Part shown: in pieces, positions 9,433-19,834 of the stretch | Layout of the letters: each line of letters begins with the position of its first letter | Position numbering within the stretch: the first letter of the stretch is position 1 | NCBI GenBank assembly: GCA_024710905.1 | Contig: JANJTV010000065.1 | Span: 20,985 to 84,984, forward strand | DNA length: 64,000 nucleotides | From: Anaerolineales bacterium | Lineage (GTDB): Bacteria > Chloroflexota > Anaerolineae > Anaerolineales > Villigracilaceae | Direction: 5' to 3' | Translations under genes and position numbers: made by a program | The notes under the pieces: model-generated | The model's database searches: none | What the model saw: only the letters and a program-made list of their open reading frames with translations | Told to the model about the DNA's origin: nothing

Positions 9433-10383
9433 TTGTTCAAAACACCCCAAGCACAAACCGCTGGCATCCTGGCGGCGCTTGCCTCGGCAGTTTTCCTGGG
9501 GCTTGCGCCTGTTTTTGGGCGCTGGGCCATCCTGCTTGGGTTCAGCCCGCTTTCGGTGGTGGCCCTGCGTACCGGCCTGGCCATGCTGATGGTCTTCCTG
9601 ATCATCCTGCTATTCCAGCGCACCTTCCTGTACATCTTTCCAGTCGGCCTGATCGGCTGCCTTCTGGCAGGTGGGATTAATGGCCTCGGGTCACTATTGT
9701 ATTACATGGCGCTGGGCAAACTGCCGGCCAGCATCGGGCAACTGCTCTATTCGCTCTACCCGTTGTTTGTAGCATTATTTTCTATTTTGGATAAACAACC
9801 GATCACCCGCCTGACCATGTTCCGTGTTGGGCTGGCCAGCGTGGCCGTCTTCCTGCTTACCGGACTGGAAGAATTTAATCTTGAGCCCGCCGCAGTATTG
9901 ATGATGATTGCCGCGGCCGCCCTGTATGCCTTGCACATCCCGATCAACCAGCGCGTGCTGTATGAAATCCCCGCCCCGACTGTAACGCTGTACACCCTGC
10001 TGGCCATGACTGCCGTAACCCTGCCCGCTTACCTGCTTTTTGACCGCCAGTTACCCCCGGAAAATGCGAACTGGTGGCCGCTGGTCGGGCTGACGTTGGT
10101 AACGTTCATCTCACGACTGACGCTCTTCCTGGGGATTAAAAACATTGGCGGCGTCCAGACCGCCATCCTCGGGTTGGGGGAACTATTTATCACCCTGCTG
10201 CTCAGTTACTTGCTGCTGGGCGAAACCCTGACCTGGTTGCAGCTGCTTGGCGTGGGTATTTTGGGCTTCAGCCTGATGCTGATCATGTTGGACAAACAAG
10301 ACCCGCAGCGGCGCCGCCCGAAAGGCGGCTGGCTGGCCTGGCTACACCCGCCGGAAATCAACCCCTGGAGCTTGCAGGATTAG
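9433..10383 (+). CDS. EamA/DMT-family transporter
   Basis: 316 aa with about 10 hydrophobic segments forming two similar halves. The TTG start is uncertain. Confidence 0.7.
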   Translation: MFKTPQAQTAGILAALASAVFLGLAPVFGRWAILLGFSPLSVVALRTGLAMLMVFLIILLFQRTFLYIFPVGLIGCLLAGGINGLGSLLYYMALGKLPASIGQLLYSLYPLFVALFSILDKQPITRLTMFRVGLASVAVFLLTGLEEFNLEPAAVLMMIAAAALYALHIPINQRVLYEIPAPTVTLYTLLAMTAVTLPAYLLFDRQLPPENANWWPLVGLTLVTFISRLTLFLGIKNIGGVQTAILGLGELFITLLLSYLLLGETLTWLQLLGVGILGFSLMLIMLDKQDPQRRRPKGGWLAWLHPPEINPWSLQD

Positions 10384-10402
10384 GAAATCAATGGAAATAA
10401 TT

Positions 10403-10440
10403 AGCAGGTTGGCCACGCATGACCAACCTGCTCACTTTTT
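10403..10440. terminator. intrinsic terminator between convergent genes
   Basis: Stem agcaggttgg / ccaacctgct followed by cacttttt. Confidence 0.65.
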
Positions 10441-10457
10441 ACCCGCTTATCTATAGC

Positions 10458-11171
10458 TCACTCTTCAAACACATACCCCGTGCCACGCACACTCTGGATG
10501 CGGTCGTACAGGGTCTCAAAGGCAGTCAGCTTATGGCGCAGGCGCGACACCAACGGGCGTAGAATTTCCTGCGCTTCGCGTTGGGATACATCATAGCCTT
10601 GCACCAGCAAAACAAGCTCACGGTGTGAAAACACCTTGCCCGGGTTCTCCAAAAAGACTTTCAGTAAATGCCCTTCCGCCGGGGTCAACATTTCTTTTTT
10701 ATCACCTTGCATAACAATCCGACGCATAATATCGACCTGCACACCATCCGGGGCGGTATACATCTGGACTTCTTCCGTTTCCCCCTCTTTGTTGCGGCGG
10801 CGCAACTCGCGGCGTTCCAGTCCCTTCCGGATGCTCTCCAGGATTTGCGCGGGAGAGGCCGGTTTGAGCAGGTAATCATGGACGCGCTGGCGCAAGGCCT
10901 CCACCGCCGACTCCATCGAGCCGAAGGCCGTCAATAGGATAATCTCCGTATCCGGGGAAACCTGGCTGACCACCTGGGCAACATCCAACCCGTTCATGCC
11001 CGGCATTTTCAGGTCGAGCACCATCAGGTCAACCGAATAATTGCGCGCATGCTCCACAGCCGCCTCCCCGTTGGCAGCAGCGGTCACCTGGTACCCCTCC
11101 AGGCGCAGGATATCTGTAAGCGATTGGCGGGCCACAGGCTCATCATCAACGACCAAAATATTAGCTTTCAT
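10458..11171 (-). CDS. OmpR-type response regulator (REC plus winged-helix)
   Basis: MKANILVVDDEP...LMVLDLKMPGMNG. The C-terminus LVSRLRHKL...IQSVRGTGYVFE is typical of the Trans_reg_C domain. Confidence 0.85.
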   Translation of the reverse strand: MKANILVVDDEPVARQSLTDILRLEGYQVTAAANGEAAVEHARNYSVDLMVLDLKMPGMNGLDVAQVVSQVSPDTEIILLTAFGSMESAVEALRQRVHDYLLKPASPAQILESIRKGLERRELRRRNKEGETEEVQMYTAPDGVQVDIMRRIVMQGDKKEMLTPAEGHLLKVFLENPGKVFSHRELVLLVQGYDVSQREAQEILRPLVSRLRHKLTAFETLYDRIQSVRGTGYVFEE

Positions 11172-11177
11172 GTCCTC

Positions 11178-12743
11178 TCACTCCTTTATTGGCAATGACA
11201 CCCGGAAACAGGCCCCCGCGCCCTGGCTCCGCAATAAATCCAACCGCCCACCGTGGGCAGTTATGATATCGTAACTGACCGACAACCCCAAACCTGTGCC
11301 GCCTTCTTTCGAGCTGATGAAGGGCTCAAAAATACTTTCGCGCATCTCGTCAGGTACACCCGGCCCGCTGTCGGTGAATAGGATTTCGATCACTTTCTTT
11401 TTCTGCGTAATACTAATGGAAAGATCACCACCCTCAGGCATGGCATCAAAGGCGTTCAAAATAATGTTGATGAAAACCTGCTCCACCTGGTTACTGATCG
11501 CCATCACCGCCGGCAGGCTGGCTGGCCACGAAGTGGTCACACGAATGTCACGTTCCCGCAGCTGTTGGCCCATCAAATCCAGGACGTGCTCCACCAGATC
11601 GAGCACCTGCACCGGGCGGAACTCTGCGCTGGTGCGGTAGAAGTCAAGCATACGCTGCACAGTGGACATCAACCGATCGAGTTCCTGCTTGGTCAGATCA
11701 ATATATTTCTCGCGCATCTCATCCGAGATATCGCCGCGCGTGGCCAGGTGCAGACAGTTACGCACAGATTGCAGTGGGTTATTAATTTCATGTGCAATGG
11801 AGGCTGTCAGGCGGCCGGCGGTAGCAAGTTTTTCGGCCTGTACCAGAGCCGTCTGTGAATCTTCCAATTTTTTGATATAGCGCCGCAACTCGTCATACAG
11901 GTGGGCATTCTCATAAGCCACCGCGCACTGGCGCGCCAGCACCAGGAAAGTCTCAAAATCAGCCATCCTGAAAGGCTGCTGGTCTGCATCTCTGGCAACA
12001 TAAATCACCGGGTGGGTATTTACCAGCCCGGTTGGCACAACCATCATCGAAGCGACACCGGCCAGATCCAATGCGGAAGCGGAACCCGACTCCAGCTGGG
12101 ATTGTGGCCCGGACCATACCGGGGTGCCCCGCTCGTTCGCCAGCCGGATCGGATTTTCACCGTCCAATGAAACCAGTTTCCCACGCCCGTTGACCAGCTC
12201 TATCTCACCCTTTCGTCGCACGCGATAAATTGCCACATTCGGGCAGTTCATCTGGCGCGAAAGGACGGTTAGGATCAGGTCAATTAAAGAGGTGGGGTCT
12301 GTTTCCGAAATCAGGCTTTCAGTCAGTGCAAAAAGCGGCTGGAGGGCCTGCAGGCGGGCAACATCCTGCTTTTTCTGGTACTCGTCAATGGCGCGTTCAA
12401 CGGCATTAAGCAATGACTCGCGCTCAAAGGGTTTCAAGATAAGCCCGTCAACACCCTTGTGCAGTACCTCGATGGCGGTTTCAACGGTACCAAAACCAGT
12501 CATGACCAGCACAGCCATATCCGAATTGCTGGATTTGACCGAGTCGATCACGTCCAGGCCGCTCATGCCGGGCATGCGAATATCGACCAGCAACAGGTCA
12601 ACCTGGGCGTTCTTGAGGTACTCCAGCGCCTTGGGGGGGTCGTTAAAGGCTGCCACATCGTAACCAGCCGCAGTCAACAACCGCTCACACAGCAGCACGA
12701 TGCCGGGTTCATCGTCGATGACCAGCACATTAGGCCGCGACAT
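11178..12743 (-). CDS. hybrid REC-GAF-histidine kinase
   Basis: REC domain (NVLVIDDEP...LLLVDIRMPGMSG), a GAF-like middle region, H-box ASIAHEINNPLQSV, and HATPase DSGPGVP...GGTGLGLSVSYDII. I chose the ATG at 12743 because it gives a 14-nt overlap with the upstream stop; the tracked ORF extends to 12803. Confidence 0.85.
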   Translation of the reverse strand: MSRPNVLVIDDEPGIVLLCERLLTAAGYDVAAFNDPPKALEYLKNAQVDLLLVDIRMPGMSGLDVIDSVKSSNSDMAVLVMTGFGTVETAIEVLHKGVDGLILKPFERESLLNAVERAIDEYQKKQDVARLQALQPLFALTESLISETDPTSLIDLILTVLSRQMNCPNVAIYRVRRKGEIELVNGRGKLVSLDGENPIRLANERGTPVWSGPQSQLESGSASALDLAGVASMMVVPTGLVNTHPVIYVARDADQQPFRMADFETFLVLARQCAVAYENAHLYDELRRYIKKLEDSQTALVQAEKLATAGRLTASIAHEINNPLQSVRNCLHLATRGDISDEMREKYIDLTKQELDRLMSTVQRMLDFYRTSAEFRPVQVLDLVEHVLDLMGQQLRERDIRVTTSWPASLPAVMAISNQVEQVFINIILNAFDAMPEGGDLSISITQKKKVIEILFTDSGPGVPDEMRESIFEPFISSKEGGTGLGLSVSYDIITAHGGRLDLLRSQGAGACFRVSLPIKE

Positions 12744-13935
12744 GTTCATGCTCCAATGGCAACCAGACGGTAAACGTGGCGCCCTGATCCAGCTGGGATT
12801 CAACTTCTATCATCCCACCGTGGTCAGTGACAATGCCATATGTAACTGAAAGACCCAGGCCGGTGCCGCCCTGCGTGCTGCGGGTGGTAAAAAATGGCTC
12901 GAAGATTTTTGGCAGGTTTTCAGGGGGGATTCCCACGCCGGTGTCAGTCACCTGCACCACCACCCAGTTCCGTTCGTAGCGCGCCCGGCCAAATGTGCGC
13001 ACGGTAAGCTGCCCACCGCGTGGCATGGCATACAGGCCGTTTTGCACCAGGTTTAAGATGACCTGCTTAATCTGGTTTCGGTCCATCACGACCCAGGGCA
13101 GGTCGTTTTCAAGCTCAACAGCAGGCTGCACCTGGTTGGTGTGCATCAGGTGCTTGGTCAGGGCGAGAACATCCTCCACCAGCTCATTCAGACTGGCGCG
13201 GTTTCGGTCTGATTCACTCTGGCGTGAAAAATCGAGCAGGCGGCGCACGACACTGCGAGCACGTTTGGCTTCACGAAGGACAAGATCCAGATCGGCATAT
13301 AAGGGGGAATCCACCGGCAGGCTGTCGAGCGCCAGTTCGGTAAAACCAACCACCGTGGTCAGCGGGTTGTTCAGTTCGTGAGCCACCCCGGCAGACATCT
13401 CACCCACTGCTGCCAGTTTGGCAGCTTGCACCAGGCGCATTTCAGCATCCCGCTGGGCAGAGATGCGCGCCTGCAATTCTTGCTGGGTTTCCTGCAATTC
13501 GGTCACAACTTCCTGCAATCGACGGGTACGTTCTTCACTGTCGCCAGTCAGGTCTTCAATGGTATGCACCATGAACTTCCAGAACTGCGCTACGCCAGGA
13601 GCCAGTTTGCCATTGCTCCCAACCAGCAGAACCGCTTGCAGGGAATAAAGCGGGAAGACGGTTAATTCGCTACACGAAACACCTGGTTCGCTGATCTTCC
13701 GCGTCCGCTGCTTGTCCTTCTCAATGGAAGTCACCAACCAGTTAAAAAAATCCTTGTCTTTTAGAAGCTGTACAAGGCGGTTCATTCCGGGTTTTTCCAG
13801 CCCAGCGCTGGCGCCAATATCCAGCCCAACATCCTGGCGCAAAAGGAATGCGGCCCAGGCGACTCCGGTCTGTTCCACCGCTTCCTTGAGCATTCTCGGG
13901 CTGACAAGGCGATATGGCATATTCAAATTATACAT
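12730..13935 (-). CDS. sensor histidine kinase
   Basis: H-box SAGVAHELNNPLTTVVGF and HATPase DTGVGIPPENLPKIFEPFFTT..GGTGLGLSVTYGIV. Confidence 0.8.
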   Translation of the reverse strand: MYNLNMPYRLVSPRMLKEAVEQTGVAWAAFLLRQDVGLDIGASAGLEKPGMNRLVQLLKDKDFFNWLVTSIEKDKQRTRKISEPGVSCSELTVFPLYSLQAVLLVGSNGKLAPGVAQFWKFMVHTIEDLTGDSEERTRRLQEVVTELQETQQELQARISAQRDAEMRLVQAAKLAAVGEMSAGVAHELNNPLTTVVGFTELALDSLPVDSPLYADLDLVLREAKRARSVVRRLLDFSRQSESDRNRASLNELVEDVLALTKHLMHTNQVQPAVELENDLPWVVMDRNQIKQVILNLVQNGLYAMPRGGQLTVRTFGRARYERNWVVVQVTDTGVGIPPENLPKIFEPFFTTRSTQGGTGLGLSVTYGIVTDHGGMIEVESQLDQGATFTVWLPLEHEHVAA

Positions 13936-14029
13936 TACGGCCTATAGATATGCGAATTGTTTTGGGATTTTTCGCAATGGTACAATTGCCGAACATTTAC
14001 TGTTATAAAGGATGGAGAAGAAGTCCACC

Positions 14030-15379
14030 ATGAAAGAACTGATCGTCATCGGCGGCGGGCTGGCCGGGAGCGAAGCCGCCTGGCAGGCCGCCCAGCGCGG
14101 CATGAAGGTAAAACTCTACGAAATGCGCCCTGCCCAGCCTACAGGCGCGCACCAAACCGACCAACTGGCTGAACTGGTCTGTTCCAATTCACTTGGCTCC
14201 AACCTGCCAGACCGCGCCTCCGGCGTACTAAAAAATGAACTGCGCCGCCTGAACTCCATGCTGCTGGAGGCTGCCGAAGCCACTGCCCTGCCCGCCGGGG
14301 CTGCCCTGGCTGTTGACCGCGAAGGGTTTGCCCACGAAGTCACCCGGCGCATCGAAGCGCATCCAAACATCAAACTCATCCGGGAAGAAGTAACCGACCT
14401 CCCCGACGGTTTGGCTGTTGTCGCCTCCGGGCCATTGACCTCCAACCACCTGTCTGATTCAATCGCCCGCTTCAGCGGCGCGGAACACCTGTATTTTTTT
14501 GACGCCATCTCGCCAATCGTAGATGCCCAGTCTGTTAACATGGAAATCGCCTACCGCGCTTCACGCTGGGGAACCGGCGACCAGGACGAAGGCGATTACA
14601 TTAATTGCCCGTTCGACCGGAAAGAGGATTACCTGGCCTTTGTGGCCGCCTTGCAACAGGCCGAACGCATCAAATTGCATTCCTTTGAACTGGCCATGGA
14701 ACAGGGCGTAAAAGCCGGGCACGACCATTTTTTTGAAGGCTGCCTGCCGGTGGAGATTATCGCCCGGCGTGGCGAAAAAGCCCTGGCCTTTGGCCCGATG
14801 CGCCCGGTTGGTCTGGTCGATCCACGCGTTGGGCGGCGGCCTTATGCCGTGGTGCAACTCCGTCAGGATAACCTGGCAGGCGACCTGTACAACCTGGTCG
14901 GCTTCCAGACCAACCTGACCTTCCCCGAACAACGGCGAGTCTTTCATATGATTCCAGGACTGGAGCAGGCGGAATTTGTCCGTTACGGGCAAATGCACCG
15001 CAACACCTTCATCGCTTCACCCAGGTTGCTGCGCCCAACCCTGCAAAGCGTGGCCCGCGACAACCTGTTTTTTGCCGGGCAAATCACCGGCGTGGAAGGC
15101 TACATGGGCAACATCGCCACGGGGCTACTGGCAGGGCTGAATGCCGCCCGCTTGGCGGCAGGCAAGCCTCCCCTGAGCCTGCCCACCGATACCATGCTCG
15201 GCGCGTTGTGCCATTACGTCACCCATGCCGACATGAAAGATTTCCAGCCCATGAAAGCCAATTTTGGCATCCTGCCGCCACTGGAAAACATCGGCAAGAC
15301 CGGCAAACGTGAACGGGGCGCATTGTACGCCGGGCGCGCCAGCCTAAGCCTTGACGACTACCTGCAAATCCATGAATAA
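14030..15379 (+). CDS. trmFO: methylenetetrahydrofolate--tRNA-(uracil-5-)-methyltransferase TrmFO
   Basis: FAD-binding start [18 protein letters not shown]. Also [10 protein letters not shown] and [12 protein letters not shown]. About 450 aa. The ATG at 14030 has GGAG 9 nt upstream; the alternative ATG at 14012 has poor spacing. Confidence 0.9.
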   Translation: MKELIVIGGGLAGSEAAWQAAQRGMKVKLYEMRPAQPTGAHQTDQLAELVCSNSLGSNLPDRASGVLKNELRRLNSMLLEAAEATALPAGAALAVDREGFAHEVTRRIEAHPNIKLIREEVTDLPDGLAVVASGPLTSNHLSDSIARFSGAEHLYFFDAISPIVDAQSVNMEIAYRASRWGTGDQDEGDYINCPFDRKEDYLAFVAALQQAERIKLHSFELAMEQGVKAGHDHFFEGCLPVEIIARRGEKALAFGPMRPVGLVDPRVGRRPYAVVQLRQDNLAGDLYNLVGFQTNLTFPEQRRVFHMIPGLEQAEFVRYGQMHRNTFIASPRLLRPTLQSVARDNLFFAGQITGVEGYMGNIATGLLAGLNAARLAAGKPPLSLPTDTMLGALCHYVTHADMKDFQPMKANFGILPPLENIGKTGKRERGALYAGRASLSLDDYLQIHE

Positions 15380-16274
15380 AAAACTGATTCCCCTGCTGCT
15401 TGGATTGGTCCTGCTGCCCGCCGTCGGGTTGTTCGTCAGCAGCAGGATGGCCGAGCCGCCCGCTGCATTCGACGGGCAGCGTGCCTACCAGCATGTATTG
15501 CGGCAGGTGGAGATGGGGCCAAGAACGCCGGGTTCCCCCGCGCATACCGAAGTGATCGAATATATTTTATCCACGCTGGAGGGGCTGGGCTGGCAGGCGC
15601 AGGTGGTTGAAGATGTCTACGCTGGGCAGGTGGTAAAAAATATCTATGCCATCCGGCCAGGGCAATCGCCCATCATCCTGTTCGCGGCCCACTACGACAG
15701 CCGTTTTTTTGCCGATAACGACCCTGACCCGGCCAATCACAGCCTGCCAGTGACTGGCGCAAATGACGGCGCTTCGGGCGTGGCGGTCTTACTGGAACTG
15801 GCCCGTGTGTTACCCGCCGAGGGCCAGCCGGTTGGCCTGTTATTCACAGACGCGGAGGACAACGGCAATATCCCCGGGTGGGATTGGATTCTGGGCGCAA
15901 ACGCCTTTGCCAGGAGCATGACCTTTGAACCGGAAGCGGTCGTCATCCTGGATATGATTGGCGATGCCGACCTGAACATCTATCAGGAACATTTTTCAGA
16001 CGACGCGCTGACGGCCTCCATCTGGGCACAGGCGGCGGCACTGGGCTATGAACAATATTTCATCCCGGAGACCAGATTTTCCATCATCGACGACCACATC
16101 CCTTTCCTCAATCGCGGCCTGCGCGCCATTACGGTGATTGATTTTGACTATCCTTACTGGCACACGGTCGAAGACACCGCCGACAAAGTCTCCCCGGACA
16201 GCCTGCAGATTGTGGGTCACACCATGCTCGAGTGGGTCAGGAACTATCAGCCGGGGATGCTCGAACGGGAATAA
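15372..16274 (+). CDS. M28-family peptidase / glutaminyl-cyclase-like protein, secreted
   Basis: Signal-like N-terminus [18 protein letters not shown]. Metal-ligand motifs [29 protein letters not shown] and DDHIPF. ATG 15372 overlaps the trmFO stop by 8 nt. Confidence 0.75.
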   Translation: MNKKLIPLLLGLVLLPAVGLFVSSRMAEPPAAFDGQRAYQHVLRQVEMGPRTPGSPAHTEVIEYILSTLEGLGWQAQVVEDVYAGQVVKNIYAIRPGQSPIILFAAHYDSRFFADNDPDPANHSLPVTGANDGASGVAVLLELARVLPAEGQPVGLLFTDAEDNGNIPGWDWILGANAFARSMTFEPEAVVILDMIGDADLNIYQEHFSDDALTASIWAQAAALGYEQYFIPETRFSIIDDHIPFLNRGLRAITVIDFDYPYWHTVEDTADKVSPDSLQIVGHTMLEWVRNYQPGMLERE

Positions 16275-16283
16275 CCAGAAAAT

Positions 16284-16979
16284 ATGACCATTCCAAAAAT
16301 CATCCATTATTGCTGGTTCGGGGGAGATATCCCGCCCCAAATGCAACAATGGATGAACACTTGGGATGTTTACCTGGCAGGTTTTGAACGCATGGAATGG
16401 AATGATAGCAATATCGTTCTCGATACCCCTTTCCTAAAAAGCGCCTACCAGCAAAAGCGCTGGAATCGCTTGAGCAATTACATACGCATGAGAGCTGTGC
16501 TTGAATTCGGCGGCGTTTACCTGGATACTGATTTTGAGTTCATTCGCCCGATTGACGACCTGATGCAATTTGATTGCTTCGTTGCTTTCCAGACAAAGGC
16601 CTGGAACAGGTACGGAAGCGTAAACAACGCCATCCTGGCCTCATGCCCTGGCCACAACCTGTGGGAAGAAAATTTGCAGGAAATGAGAAAAACTCACGAA
16701 ACATCTGGAACTCTCGAACCGGGGCCAAAAATTCTCACCAATGTACTTGAAAAGCGCGGCCTGCGGGAGGTACGCGAACAAGATCTGGGAGACATCCACC
16801 TCTTTCCCAGGGAATATTTTTACCCGTACTTCTGGGGCGAACCGTTTCATCCTGAGATTCACATCACTCCCGCCACACGTGCCATCCATCACTGGTACGG
16901 ATACAGGCCGGGTCTGCTTGGTAAAATCCGCAAAATCTATTACATCCTGAAACACAAATTGCAAAAAAAACCCGCCTGA
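16284..16979 (+). CDS. glycosyltransferase family 32-like (DXD sugar transferase)
   Basis: IPKIIHYCWFGG start and a GGVYLDTDFEF DXD motif. Confidence 0.7.
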   Translation: MTIPKIIHYCWFGGDIPPQMQQWMNTWDVYLAGFERMEWNDSNIVLDTPFLKSAYQQKRWNRLSNYIRMRAVLEFGGVYLDTDFEFIRPIDDLMQFDCFVAFQTKAWNRYGSVNNAILASCPGHNLWEENLQEMRKTHETSGTLEPGPKILTNVLEKRGLREVREQDLGDIHLFPREYFYPYFWGEPFHPEIHITPATRAIHHWYGYRPGLLGKIRKIYYILKHKLQKKPA

Positions 16980-16993
16980 TATACACTTGTACC

Positions 16994-18247
16994 ATGCCCG
17001 TTCAGGAAATCTTCCAGAAAATCGCACCCGCCGCCATCCAGCGTGCCAGCAACCGCCTGGCGCGCGGCGCAGGGGTTCGCGAGAACCTGCAACCCCTGCT
17101 GGAGAAAATGCTCGGGCGCATGGAGCAGGCCATGCTGGCCGGCGATCCTGCCTGGGTGGACCCCATCGTCACCGAATGGGCACAGGCCGGCACCCAGAGC
17201 GACCTGGAAGGAGTGGAACAATCCTTGCCGCGCATCCTGCGCGAAATCATCATTGCTATCCAGGAAACAATCACCGAAACTTTACCACCCGCCGAAGCCG
17301 TTGAGCTGGTCAACCTGCTGCAACCGGTTTTTCTGCATGCCCTCGAGAAGGCCGTCACTGCCGAGTTTGCAGGCCGCCTGGAATATGCCACCCAGGAGCG
17401 CGACAACCTGCTGGCCAAATTGGAGCGGGTCGATCGAAGCAAGTCGAATTTTATTTCGGTCGCCGGGCACGAACTAAAAACCCCGCTCACACTAATTGAA
17501 GGCTACACGGCCATGGTCGGCGAACTGGTTCCGCGTGACTCAGATCAGGTGCACCTGTTGCTGCAGGGCGTGCATAACGGCATCAAACGCCTGCGCGAGA
17601 TCGTGGACGACATGATCGATGTCTCGATGCTCGACAACGGTCTGCTCCAGTTAAATTACCAGCCCGTTTGGCTGAACCGTATGTTCACCCTGCTGGCCGC
17701 CGATTTCGTCAAAAGCCTGGGAGAGCGAAAACAAACCCTTCAAGTAAACACCTTCCCCGGCAGCGGCGAATTGATTTTTGCCGACCAGGAGCGCCTGTAC
17801 CAGGTCTTTAAGAACCTGGTCAGCAACGCCATTAAGTACACCCGCGATGGCGGAGTAATCGTCATTGACGGCCGCACCCTGCCCGGCTTTATCGAAGTGA
17901 CCATCAAGGACAATGGCATCGGCATCAACCTTGAAAACCAGGAATTAATCTTTGAAAAATTTGGCCAGCTGGGCAGCGTTGCCCTGCATTCCAGCGGCAA
18001 GACCAAATTTAAAGGCGGCGGGCCAGGCCTGGGGCTGCCCATTGCGCGTGGTATCATAGAAGCACACGGCGGCAGCATCTGGGTAGAAAGCCCCGGTTAC
18101 GATGAGAACGCCTGCCCTGGTAGTACTTTCCATGTGCTTATTCCCCTGCGTTCACAGCCCGAAGATCCGAAACTGGCCCGCCTGTTTGCAGCCGAAGAAG
18201 GCATCCTCGACAGCCTACCAGAGATTACCGAAGAAGATTTGAAATAA
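16994..18247 (+). CDS. sensor histidine kinase (cytoplasmic)
   Basis: H-box FISVAGHELKTPLTLIEGY and HATPase KDNGIGINLENQELIFEKF..GGPGLGLPIARGIIEAHGG. Confidence 0.8.
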   Translation: MPVQEIFQKIAPAAIQRASNRLARGAGVRENLQPLLEKMLGRMEQAMLAGDPAWVDPIVTEWAQAGTQSDLEGVEQSLPRILREIIIAIQETITETLPPAEAVELVNLLQPVFLHALEKAVTAEFAGRLEYATQERDNLLAKLERVDRSKSNFISVAGHELKTPLTLIEGYTAMVGELVPRDSDQVHLLLQGVHNGIKRLREIVDDMIDVSMLDNGLLQLNYQPVWLNRMFTLLAADFVKSLGERKQTLQVNTFPGSGELIFADQERLYQVFKNLVSNAIKYTRDGGVIVIDGRTLPGFIEVTIKDNGIGINLENQELIFEKFGQLGSVALHSSGKTKFKGGGPGLGLPIARGIIEAHGGSIWVESPGYDENACPGSTFHVLIPLRSQPEDPKLARLFAAEEGILDSLPEITEEDLK

Positions 18248-18251
18248 CCTG

Positions 18252-19601
18252 ATGGCAAAAAAACTACCCGAACCAACCCGCATGCCCCGCGAACGCGCTT
18301 TCCTCGTTGGGGTGGAAGTCCATAACACCAAGCACCTGCTCGGCCTGGAAGACTCCCTCGCCGAACTGTCCCTGTTGGCCGATACCGCAGGGCTGGATGT
18401 AATTGGTGAATTGACGCAAAAACTCGACCGCCCTCACCCCGATACATTTATTGGCTCCGGGAAGGTGGAAGAGTTGAAAATCCTGTCTGAAGAGATGTTG
18501 GCCCAGGTAGTGGTATTCGACTCCGAGCTGAGCCCGCGTCACCTCCGCCAGTTGGAACTGCTGCTTGGCAACAACATCCGCATTTTAGACCGTACCGCCC
18601 TGATCCTCGACATCTTCGCCCAGCACGCCCATACCAGTGAAGGCATGTTGCAGGTGGAACTGGCCCAGTATGAGTACTTCCTGCCGCGCCTGACCCGCCA
18701 GTGGACCCATCTTGCCCGCCAGGGAGGTGGCGGCGGTGGGCGGAGTGGCGGCGTTGGCGGCGTTGGCTTGCGCGGTCCCGGTGAAACCCAGCTGGAAGTA
18801 GACCGCCGCCAGATCCGCAACAAGATTATGTACCTGAAAAAAGAACTTGAAAAAGTACGCGCCCACCGCGAAAGGTACCGCGCCCAGCGCAAGCGTTCGC
18901 GCATCCCAACCGTGGCGCTGGTCGGGTATACCAATGCTGGCAAATCCACCCTGCTCAACCGGCTGGCCAAAACCGATGTCTACACCGCCAACCAGCTTTT
19001 TGCCACCCTCGATCCCACCACCCGCCGGGTGGAGCTGCCTGGCTCTTATACTGCCCTGTTGACCGACACGGTTGGTTTCATCCAAAAGTTGCCCACCAGC
19101 CTGGTGGCTGCATTTCGCGCAACACTGGAAGAAATCAGCGAAGCGGATTTGCTCCTGCATGTGGTGGATGCCTCTCACATGAATGCGCTGGCCCAGTTTG
19201 AATCCGTCCAGCAAACCCTGAAAGAGATTGGGGCCGATCACATCCCCATGATCACCGCCCTGAACAAAATTGACCGCCTGGCCGCGCCCGAGGCGGCCCG
19301 TCAGATCGTGGAACAATATCCCCGCTCGGTGGCGATCTCTGCCAAGATCGGCACGGGCCTGCCCGACCTGGTGGAATTGATCAAACGCGAGTTATACGAG
19401 AACTTCACCCCCATCAAGGTCTGGTTGCCTTACCAGCAAGGGAACCTGATTTCCATCTTCCATGACGCAGGCCATGTCGATCGCATTGAACATGGCCGAG
19501 GCGGCGTGCTGATTCATGGCGCCGTGCCGGGACGGCTGGTGGCGCAATTCCAGGAATGGCAGGCGGACAAAATGCCAGGTAAAACCGAGGAGGCAATATG
19601 A
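18252..19601 (+). CDS. hflX: GTPase HflX
   Basis: RGPGETQLEVDRR, G1 motif VGYTNAGKSTLLN, DTVGFI and LNKID. Confidence 0.9.
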   Translation: MAKKLPEPTRMPRERAFLVGVEVHNTKHLLGLEDSLAELSLLADTAGLDVIGELTQKLDRPHPDTFIGSGKVEELKILSEEMLAQVVVFDSELSPRHLRQLELLLGNNIRILDRTALILDIFAQHAHTSEGMLQVELAQYEYFLPRLTRQWTHLARQGGGGGGRSGGVGGVGLRGPGETQLEVDRRQIRNKIMYLKKELEKVRAHRERYRAQRKRSRIPTVALVGYTNAGKSTLLNRLAKTDVYTANQLFATLDPTTRRVELPGSYTALLTDTVGFIQKLPTSLVAAFRATLEEISEADLLLHVVDASHMNALAQFESVQQTLKEIGADHIPMITALNKIDRLAAPEAARQIVEQYPRSVAISAKIGTGLPDLVELIKRELYENFTPIKVWLPYQQGNLISIFHDAGHVDRIEHGRGGVLIHGAVPGRLVAQFQEWQADKMPGKTEEAI

Positions 19602-19813
19602 TCGAATGGCTTTCAAAATTGGTAGACTGGGCTTCCAATTACTTTGCCCACCGCAAAGGCTTGTTACCGCTCATTGGCGTTGGCCTGATTGCCATCAACC
19701 TGCTGATCGTTTTGTTCCTGCCGTACGATTTCCTTCTTGTGAAAAGTAACCTTTTCCTGCACATCGGTTTAATCATCGCCCTGGTTGGCATTATGCTATC
19801 CTGGGCGCTATAA
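19598..19813 (+). CDS. small two-TM membrane protein
   Basis: ATGA overlap with the hflX stop. Two hydrophobic helices. I recognise no homology. Confidence 0.45.
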   Translation: MIEWLSKLVDWASNYFAHRKGLLPLIGVGLIAINLLIVLFLPYDFLLVKSNLFLHIGLIIALVGIMLSWAL

Positions 19814-19834
19814 CATTTCAAGGAGACCCGAGCA

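Noticed and set aside
14012-14029. The upstream ATG at 14012 as the trmFO start. Similar tracked N-terminal extensions occur at 15351, 21712, 34918, 47442, 48370, 49966, 58498, 61772 and 62923.
   Set aside because: The internal ATGs have properly spaced GGAG-type RBSs and avoid overlapping upstream genes or terminators. Homolog N-termini, for example [10 protein letters not shown] for TrmFO, begin at the internal Met.
18715-18790. A G-rich run (ggaggtggcggcggtgggcggagtggcggcgttggcggcgttgg) that might form a G-quadruplex or act as a slippery repeat.
   Set aside because: It lies in-frame within hflX and encodes the Gly-rich loop preceding the conserved RGPGE motif. I see no evidence for a separate function.
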